Shown piece after piece: positions 38,237 to 46,492 of a stretch of DNA of 46,492 bases. A model generated the notes under the pieces. That model saw nothing but the letters and a program-made list of their open reading frames with translations, ran no database searches and had not been told where the DNA came from. Positions within the stretch are counted from its first letter, which is position 1. The number at the start of each line of letters is the position of its first letter. Made by a program: the position numbers and the translations under genes. The stretch lies in the NCBI GenBank assembly GCA_001929475.1, contig LXFE01004399.1:1-46492 (forward strand). Reading direction: 5' to 3'. This DNA comes from Neolecta irregularis DAH-3 (Eukaryota).

Positions 38237-39064
38237 ATGTCTTTCCTATTCCCTCGTCCAAAGTCCTACTGCTCTATAGTGTCAGAACCCTCTGCTCGCC
38301 ATCAAGAACACCATTTTGAAAACCCCCGTGTGATCAGTGATGTTATCATCGGTCTTTCAGACGGGTTGACAGTCCCATTTGCATTGATGGCCGGCCTATC
38401 GTCACTTGGAAACGCGATCGTTATAGCCGGTGGAATGGCAGAGTTGATTTCAGGGGCTATCAGTATGGGTTTGGGAGGCTATTTAGCTGCCTCTAGCGAG
38501 GCAAAGGTACCCCATAATTTTTGGGTCAGATATTTACGACAGCACTACGCAAATGAACGGAGGAGAGAGGAAAAAGAGATCGTTGAATGTCCCGAGGAGG
38601 AAGAGGAGGAGATATTCGAAGCGCTGGCTCCTTATGGTGTCACGAGAGAAGCATGTCAACCTATTATCGAGTGTTTGAGGAAGAACCCAAAGGGATGGGT
38701 TGACTTTATGATGAAGTTCGAACTTGGATTAGAAGAGACGGGAATGAGAAGGGCTTGGGTGAGCGCTGGGACAATTGGAATTAGCTATTTTCTTGGCGGA
38801 CTGTAAGCTTCCTGCTTCTTGTATGATTCATTCCGACTGTTTAGAATCCCGATGCTGCCTTATTTCTTTATCAAAGATGCTTTAAGTGGACTTTGGGTAA
38901 GTATTGTGGTGACTGCAATTGCCCTTTTGATATTCGGATACGTTAAGAGTAGTTACATTGTTAGCCGCCGAAGTGAAGCGGTCATGGGATCCTTGCAGGC
39001 TTTAATTGTTGGTGGAGCTGCTGCATTGGCTAGTTGGGGAATCGTTAGATTGATGGAACATTGA
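38237..39064 (+). CDS. CCC1: Vacuolar Fe/Mn transporter (VIT1/CCC1 family)
   Basis: DVIIGLSDGLTVPFALMAGLSSLG, AELISGAISMGLGGYLA, DFMMKFELGL and YFLGGL|IPMLPYF; 2 introns. Confidence 0.95.
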
Positions 39065-39113
39065 AGAATAAGACATCTGGGATACTAATGATAATTGAAA
39101 TGGCTATTGTTCT

Positions 39114-40487
39114 CTAGTAGAATATGCTCCTAGTTCTATGGCATGGGATTGGTTTCGTCTCGTTCCTTGCTTGTATCTCTTTAGCAGTATCCCAGAGGAA
39201 AAAGTCGATCAGGATAGCATTAATATTAGTATATCCGAGCCTTACAATCTCCTGACGAATCTTTTCAACACACCAGATTGATGCGCCGCGAAGCTGGATC
39301 TCATATGGATGACCAGGTTCTATCACAATTTGGTTTTTGATTACGCTCTCGAGACGAGGTGAATAACGAATACAATTCAAAGTGTGGAGTATTTGAGGTA
39401 CCCTATGAACTAAGCGCCTCGAAGTTTGAGTGCCTTACCGATAGTCTGCGAACATTGTGATATGATCTATGTCACAGAAGGATCCGTACGACTCGCCGTA
39501 GAAACAAGCCCATATATCTGCCACCAATATTTGAGCGCGTTTATAAAATTTCACTACCAATAAGAACATTTACATGGACGAAATGCCTGTTCGATTCTCA
39601 AACCTATATTCATCTCTAAAGCAAGGAAACTCCTTCACAAGGTTTTCGATGAATGATATCACAGACCCGTTTGCCAATTTGAGAAAGTTCACGAACGATC
39701 CATTGTATCTCTATGGAATTAGCAAAGGTAGTGAATCTTAGATTACACCTCGCATAGGACGGACCCAGCTTGCCGCAGGCATTCCACCCGCTCCTTCCTT
39801 CCAGTTGGTTGTTAGGGCAACAATGGTTCTTACAGCATGGGAATGGGCTCCGTCGAGTCGCTTCTAAATATTCTTTCGATATCCTCATCAGAAGATTCAA
39901 CCCAGTAACTCGGAGTTGTCATTGGGATCTCTGCTGGTCAGCAGAGGGTTTTGTGAACAAGTTTCCTTCCAAGAGAGCTCTGTTAATAGCTGCACAGAGG
40001 CTCCAGTAACCAGTCCACTTCGTTCCATTTTCGAGAATACAGTAACGGTCAGGATGTGTTCCCGTGTCTTCAGAGTCAAAGTCTGACCAGAACGAGAAGT
40101 TGAGAAGGTCGATCAGAAAAATCCTGATCAATTGAGGTTCATAAGTGGTTAGAATACCAATTCAGACTTGATTCGTCCTTTGACTTGGGGTTCAAAGGAT
40201 GAGAAGCCCATGTCTCCACAGTAAAAGGTGTTTCCCTCATTGCGGAAGAAATCTAATAATGAACGAATCAGTGATAACGAGGACGTACTAACTTTGCTGC
40301 AGCTACGCATCCATCTCGATCAATAGCTATATCGAGCATGTTCTGTATATCAGCACATCCCTTTTCTGAAACATACATCACTGATGAACTCTGCCGACTC
40401 CAAAACTCCTGTTGAGTTCACTTTTGGTTTCCCGAACCGTTGCAGAAGGATCTCGCGCAACTCGGGGACCAGTTCATCCTCGCTCAT
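39114..40487 (-). CDS. QNG1: Queuosine salvage protein (QNG1/DUF2419), 8 introns
   Basis: [81 protein letters not shown] and [10 protein letters not shown]. Confidence 0.93.
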
Positions 40488-41154
40488 GGTAGAGAGGATG
40501 TAAGAGGAACTGGAAACGTCAACTTAAAATATCGCGGAACTCATGCGAATCGATCATTTCTAGAATATTACCAGGGTAAATATCACCAACGTTAATCCTT
40601 GTCACTAGCTGAACAATGGCACACCAAAATCCCTTTATCCTTGTCATACGCTCGCGCTTACTAAAATGGAAGATTGTAAGTGGGAAATTATACGCTTGGG
40701 AAGACACGAAAGGTATTGACTGGAACGCAGTATCATAGTATTCGCTAAGATCGCTAAGATCTGCAAAAAATAGTCGCGCTACGAAAATAATCGCGGGTGT
40801 ACATATGACACGCAGCCTGACGTGACTCTTGAAAATTATACGTGTCACATGAAAATGATACACGTAGTATCATAGCGGTTATCTGATGGGTTTCTCTATT
40901 ATTATACGCCTCCTTGGTTTACTACAATGACGTCGCTCATACTTGTAAAACTATAAAGTGTCCTGCGCGAAATATAAAATCCGCGAAATATAAAGGGAAA
41001 TAACCACCGCCACCACTACCACTCCAACGCTTTGCTTATACCCACCTAGATGCCTAATTATCTTGCAACCGTTGCTTCTCCACCTTAAGTCTTACAATTT
41101 ATTTGGTTCACTTTACATTAAACCTACAGAATCTCATCCTCCACAACCTCTTTC

Positions 41155-42003
41155 CAGTGTTCCTAATCGACTAGACCATAGACTGGTCTAGACGGTCTAG
41201 TCCATCATATACATGTGAACCAAATACTCGCTCCTTGGGAGTTAGATTGCTTAGCTTTTGTGGTATCTTTTATGTATATAATGATGTATCTAGTTCAGTG
41301 TGGTACAAAACATATTTTTCACACTCACCCGCCCACCTCACCCTGCCTGTCCTGTCTGCCTGTCCCGTCTGCCCGCCTCTTTCGTCCGCCCCTCTCGTCC
41401 GTCCGTCCCGCCTCTCTCGCCCGTCCCTCCCTCCTCTCTCGCCCGTCCCTCCCTCCTCTCTCGCCCGTCCCTCCCTCCTCTCTCGCCCGTCCCTCCCGCC
41501 CGCCTCTCACGTTCTGCCTTTCCGGTCCCGCCCGTCCCTCCCACTCTCTCTCCCTCTCTTTCCACCCGTCCCTCCTGTCCGGCCTGGCCATCTCTCCCAC
41601 CTCCTTCATCTATCTCTCCCACCTTGTCAGCCTGCCTCTCCCATATGTCCAGCCTGCCCTCTCACCTGTCTGTTTGTCCTGCTTGCCAATATTTAAATAA
41701 ATATAAAGAATCATAGACATAATACAACAATTTATACTTGATTTTTATTTACTTCTTGGGCTTTTAAGCCCATAGACTTTGGCCCATCCCCAACACTACA
41801 AATACATATTTCCTACTTCTAAATGCTCCAAATCATTGACTTTTTATAAAGGAAGATAGAATAGAGACTTAGACCACTTAGACATCCAGACCGACTTGAT
41901 GTTTGGTCTGGTCGGTCTAGACCGATTTTAGCTCCAGTCTGGTCTAGTCTATATAGACTGTCTAGACCGACCGTCGATTTGGTCTAGTCGATTCGGAACA
42001 CTG
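41155..42003. mobile_element. Inner non-autonomous element with hAT-like CAGTGTT termini
   Basis: 24-bp inverted repeats at 41155-41178 and 41980-42003 (23/24) and many subterminal CTAGACC/GGTCTAG motifs at both ends. No clear 8-bp TSD. Confidence 0.72.
41414..41497. repeat. 22-bp minisatellite (CTCTCGCCCGTCCCTCCCTCCT) x ~3.8, inside a pyrimidine-rich tract at 41325-41685
   Basis: Perfect copies start at 41414, 41436 and 41458; a partial copy starts at 41480. Confidence 0.9.
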
Positions 42004-42929
42004 GTTGATCAAAAAGGATTGGTTTCTTCGAATTGGCCACATAGTTCTCCAGGTACTGCTCAAATGCTTTAATAGTCATGTCTGTGAATAGTGTTGCTGG
42101 TTCTCTTAGAGGTGGATCACGGATAACAGGCATCTAGGTGGGTATAAGCAAAGCACTGGAGTGGTAGTGGTGGCGGTGGTTATTTCCCTTTATATTTCGC
42201 GGATTTTATATTTCGCGCAGAACATAAGTAGTCATGTAGCTGCTCTTTAAACGGCGTTGGATAATGCTCTATCCATCCATACAAAGAATCAAAGAAATGT
42301 TTTCGCTTCATGTCATCTAAGAATCATTTTCTGATATATATCAGAACCCCCTGCAAAACTCTACAACCAGAATCTGCGCGACAAGCTACGTCATTGTAGA
42401 AAACCAAGGAAATGTATAATAATAGAAAAACCCATCAGATAACCGCTATGATACTACGTGTAGTGTGATATGCTTCTTTAGGAAGTCATTGTTACTTTGG
42501 CTGTCAATCATCTCATAGCGTCTAAAATATATAATGGAAGGCCTTCCATCGGTTCAAGTTATCTACACACCCCAATACGGGTCTGAAGGTTTTCCATGAA
42601 ACAGATCTTCGGTGATTCTCGGTTCAGTGGTGCGACTGTGAATTCAGCAACACAAGTTCATGGCAATCTCTTCTGGAATGGGGAGCTAGTAAGAATTTTG
42701 GACGAAGAATCATGTAAATTTTATTAATAACTCCATGGAAAGAACAGGCATTCAACGCTGTCTCTGTCTCATCTTCTCAATTCCTACCGCTCGGATAAAT
42801 TCTTTGAAAATATCTAATATAGTTGTCTTATTTATAAACGAATGTATAAACTCATATTTGTCGCGACCTCGATTCCATTCGGAGTAGGGCTCTAACTTCA
42901 CTCTTCAGTCTCCATTTCTTTTAATATCA

Positions 42930-45173
42930 ATGTCTCGTGATAAACATGTTCAAATTGCTCTACCGAATATCTACGACAAGATCAAGTCGTCAAAAGTCCT
43001 TATGGTCGGAGCCGGTGGGATCGGGTGCGAGTTGTTAAAAAATCTTGTTCTGACTGGCTTCGGAGAGATTCATATTGTATGTCATCTGGAGCTGTCCGCC
43101 TTAATTTCTCCTCAACAGGTTGATCTGGATACAATCGATCTCTCAAATCTCAATCGGCAATTTCTGTTTCAGAAACAGCACGTTAGAAAGCCAAAGGCAT
43201 TGGTAGAATTGTTATAGCGTGATTTATCAAATAATCCGGTATAGGTTGCGAAGGATGCAGCAGGATCTTTCAATCCGAATGTTAAACTAGAAGCTTACCA
43301 TGCAAACATCAAAGATCCAACCTTTCATTTCCAATGGTTTCAAAGCTTTGATATCGTGTTTAACGGCCTCGACAATTTGGGTACCTCGAGATCATGTTCT
43401 CGACACTAAGCTTACCCAACAAGATGCTCGTCGTCATGTCAATAAAATGTGTCTTGCTGCAAATGTTCCGCTCATAGAAAGTGGAACAACAGGTTTTCTA
43501 GGTCAAGTTCAAGCGATTGTAAAAGATCGGACAGAATGCTACGACTGTACCCCAAAGCAAACGCCTATAAACTTTCCTGTATGCACTATTCGAAGTACGC
43601 CTTCTCAACCTATCCATTGTATTGTTTGGGCGAAGAGCTATTTATTTGTGTAAGATTCATTATAAAATTCTCGCAATAAGAGCATTTAGGCAGTTATTCG
43701 GCGTTGATAAAGATGAGATTAACGATATGGATTATTATGAAAATGTAGACAATAGTACGCTGATTCCTAACATTAAGCGGTCCTGACTTTAAAGCGGAGG
43801 AATTAGGCAATCTGAAGCGCGAAGCAGATGCCTTAAAGAATATGAAAAGTGCAGTGGGAAGGCCTGAATTCGGCCAAGTGGTTTTTGACAAAGTCTTTGG
43901 AGAAGATATTTGTCGATTGCAGTCGATGAGCGACATGTGGAAATCGAGGAAACCGCCGGTTGCACTGAACTTTGCAGACATGAAGAAGAATGCAGGTCAA
44001 CAAATGATAGATTCTGCCGCAATTTGCAGTAATGATCAGAACATTTGGACACTAGAAGAAAATTGTGCCATGTTTGTTGACAGGTTTGGGCAAAAGCCAC
44101 AATCTGTGGATTCAGTATTCACTTGGTAGTTTGCAGAGACTAAGCGATCGATTAAAGAAAGAGCAGAGCACCAGACAAGAAACGGGGGTTGCGCCTATCT
44201 TGAATTTTGATAAAGACGATGCTGATACCTTGGACTTCGTGGCGGCAACCGCTAATATTCGATCTCACATCTTTGGAATTGAGAAGAAATCAAAATTCGA
44301 AATCAAACGTAGGCCTTTAATGAACTGATTTAAATAACGGCGTAGAAATGGCGGGAAACATCATCCCTGCAATTGCAACGACTAATGCTATTATTGCCGG
44401 AGTTTGTGTTCTACAAGCTTTCAAAATTATGCAAAATAAATTGCACGAATCAAAAATGGTACATTTCCAGGATATCTCGATTTTCTTTTATTCTTAGGTA
44501 TTCTTGTCTCGACGGCCAGAACATGTCTTCAATACCGAAAGACTGCAGCTGCCAAATCCTCATTGTGATGTATGTGCTGTCACGCGATGTGCCTTCGAAG
44601 TCGATATTTTTCGATTGAAAATCGGGAAGTTTGTAGAGAGTGTTCTACGACAACTTCTTGAATATGAAGAGGAACTTTCTCTCATGACTGACAAGTTAAT
44701 CTACGATTTTGATTTTGATGACAATGCTTCAAAGACTTTTGCAGAAATGGGTATCAATGATGGAGCCTTTTTGACCGTGATCGACGATGCTGAGGATGAA
44801 GACCATATCAAACGAGTTAATCTGGTCTTGTTGATTACTCACAAGTATTACAAAAGTGTTCTACAACTAATAATATAGAATATTCGAGCCCTCTCACATA
44901 CCATATAATCTCCCATTATTGCCAACGGTCAAAGCCAGAGTTCTAAAAACAGAACCACAAAAAGACATATCGTCAGATGAAACGGCTGTCCTTGATTCTT
45001 CATCCTCACATAAAAGAAAGTTTGTTCAGAGCAGCGAACCACTTTCGAAGAAACGTAAAGTTTCAGAGACCAGTCATCTCAACGGCTATGCAGCCTATGC
45101 TACAAAGCTTCTGGTTGATAAAGATATCATTGTCATTGAAGATGAAAATCGGGATACCATAACTATTGATTGA
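42930..45173 (+). CDS. UBA2: SUMO-activating enzyme E1 catalytic subunit, 9 introns
   Basis: [38 protein letters not shown], catalytic [48 protein letters not shown] and a C-terminal NLS and SIM-like IIVIED. Confidence 0.96.
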
Positions 45174-45220
45174 TTTAGGCAAAGTCCAGGGAATACACTA
45201 TGAAAAGGATCAGCCTTACT

Positions 45221-46177
45221 TTAATAAAATGATAATCCACCGTCTATGGTAATTGTGCTTCCATTTATATAAGTGTTTGTTGCAACCATGAATGCAGCTT
45301 CAGCTACTTCCGAAACTGTTCCTGGTCTTTTTAGTGCTGATGAAGATCTCATGGCTTCCGAAAAGCCTTCCGATTAACGAAGTTGTAGAATAGGCCCACC
45401 TGCAATCATATCAGTGTCAATGTATCCTGGAGCAATCCCGTTTACACGAATTCCAGAGGGCCCAAATTCCTGTGCAAGTGCTTTGGTGAAGCCTGAAGTT
45501 TTACTGACTTGACAAAATAATATGTATATAGACCTAGTACACCAGCTTTGCTGGCAGAATATATGGCACATCCTGACGAACCTCTGAGCCCTAAGATTGA
45601 CGAGATGTTGATGATAGAGCCTTGGAGACCTTAATGAACAAATGGAACGTTTAGAATACCTGTTTTATTCTTTAACATATTTTTTCCAATGATCTGGCAG
45701 CCATATACTGTCCCAATCAAATTGGTTCGAATAATCTGGTCAATTTCTTCTTCTGAGGTGCGAACAAGAAGCGTCTGTTGCCCAATCCCTGCAGTTTAGA
45801 ATAAAGTCTTCTAAAATTCATACCAGCAGAATTGACAAGTATATCTACGTCTTTAAACTGAGAATTTCAGAGTCCACCGGATGAGAAAGTCGTACCTCTT
45901 TGCCTAACTCTACCCAAAACTTTCTCTCTCCAACATCCCCGAACCGAGCTTTATGATCCAATCCGGGTAATCCTGCACAGGATTTCTGTAATTCGACCAT
46001 AGACCGGGAAACGAGGATACATTTTAACCCTTCCTGAGCAAATCTCTGGGCTATGGCAGCACCAATTCCTCTGGAGCCGCCTGTTATTAGACAAACTTTA
46101 TTTTGAAGTTTTGAGAAACTGCGTTTGTTGACAAGGGTGGGGTTCCTTGCTGATAAAAGACCAAATTGTATAAGCAT
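45221..46177 (-). CDS. Mitochondrial 3-oxoacyl-ACP reductase-like short-chain dehydrogenase (Oar1/CBR4-like), 5 introns
   Basis: [45 protein letters not shown] and ITIDGG; N-terminal presequence-like segment. Confidence 0.88.
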
Positions 46178-46287
46178 ATAGGGCACCTTGTTCTTCGAGA
46201 AGGGAGTTGTTTAAAACCAATGCTTTTGCCTGGAGAACAAAAGTACTTTCATAGTACGTTATAGCCGAATCAATTCGTGATCTACAT

Positions 46288-46369
46288 GGCAACATGGCCG
46301 AGCGGTTAAGGCGTGAGACTAGAAATCTCATGGGATTTTCCCGCGCAGGTTCAAATCCTGCTGTTGTCG
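46288..46369 (+). tRNA. tRNA-Ser(AGA), intronless, long variable arm
   Basis: GGCAACA/TGTTGTC acceptor stem, D loop TGGCCGAGCGGTTAAGGC, anticodon arm TGAGA-CTAGAAA-TCTCA, T arm GCAGGTTCAAATCCTGC, discriminator G and a downstream T run. Confidence 0.96.
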
Positions 46370-46492
46370 ACATGTTTTTACTCAATTCAAGTTTGAGAAT
46401 TTACACCTTCGCAGGCGTCGAGACCGGGGCCGCGCTCGCCCGCCTGTTTCGCGGATGCGCATCCACGGTCCTCGCTCGCCCGCCCTCCCGAA

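Larger units (their letters stand above)
40959..42224. mobile_element. Middle non-autonomous element with TGT...ACA termini (Ginger-like ends)
   Basis: 97-bp inverted repeats at 40959-41055 and 42128-42224 (94/97 identical). Flanks AAAG / TAAG could be a 4-bp TSD with one mismatch. Confidence 0.8.
40861..42460. mobile_element. Outer non-autonomous DNA transposon (MITE), Tc1/mariner-type ends
   Basis: 77-bp terminal inverted repeats at 40861-40937 and 42384-42460 (71/77 identical by hand count) starting CACGTAGTATC, flanked by TA on both sides (40859-60 and 42461-62). No transposase ORF. Confidence 0.85.

Noticed and set aside
41414-41497. Repeat array considered as CRISPR-like or telomeric
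   Set aside because: Head-to-tail units without spacers in a eukaryotic genome, internal location and no match to a TTAGGG-type motif.
41215-41716. Several 94-161 aa Pro/Ser- or Arg/Gly-rich ORFs
   Set aside because: Open only because the minisatellite tract lacks stop codons; no transposase or other domain.
46098-46385. 95-aa minus-strand ORF
   Set aside because: Antisense to the tRNA-Ser gene and out of frame with the SDR gene.

Overview
Eukaryotic DNA from a compact, intron-rich fungal genome. An early-diverging ascomycete (Taphrinomycotina, possibly Neolecta-like) is an inference from gene content, compactness and intron style, not a proven assignment. The window holds about 24 protein-coding genes, mostly conserved housekeeping genes: APL6, HOM6, HAP3, ELP4, STN1, PAN6, NECAP, an RNAi RNA-dependent RNA polymerase, rhodanese, a Yvc1-like TRP channel, Rho-GDI, a Pmp3/Sna protein, YND1, Hikeshi/OPI10, ProRS, RRP46, two tandem Zn2Cys6 factors, an RCR-family protein, an arrestin-fold protein, CCC1, queuosine salvage QNG1, UBA2 and an OAR1-like SDR. 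It also has one tRNA-Ser(AGA). Two things stand out. (1) Splicing: by hand I reconstructed roughly 100 introns, nearly all about 30-45 nt, and about 8-9 appear to need non-canonical ends to keep conserved proteins in frame. These are two GA-AG, five to six GC-AG and one GT-TG intron, alongside frequent AAG/GAG acceptors and almost no consensus after the donor dinucleotide. This suggests an unusually relaxed, length- and branch-point-defined spliceosome. (2) A 1.6-kb stack of three nested non-autonomous DNA transposons with different end types, wrapped around a 22-bp minisatellite, lies in the QNG1/UBA2 divergent promoter. All gene models are manual and unverified by RNA data, and single-base assembly errors could mimic individual non-canonical sites.
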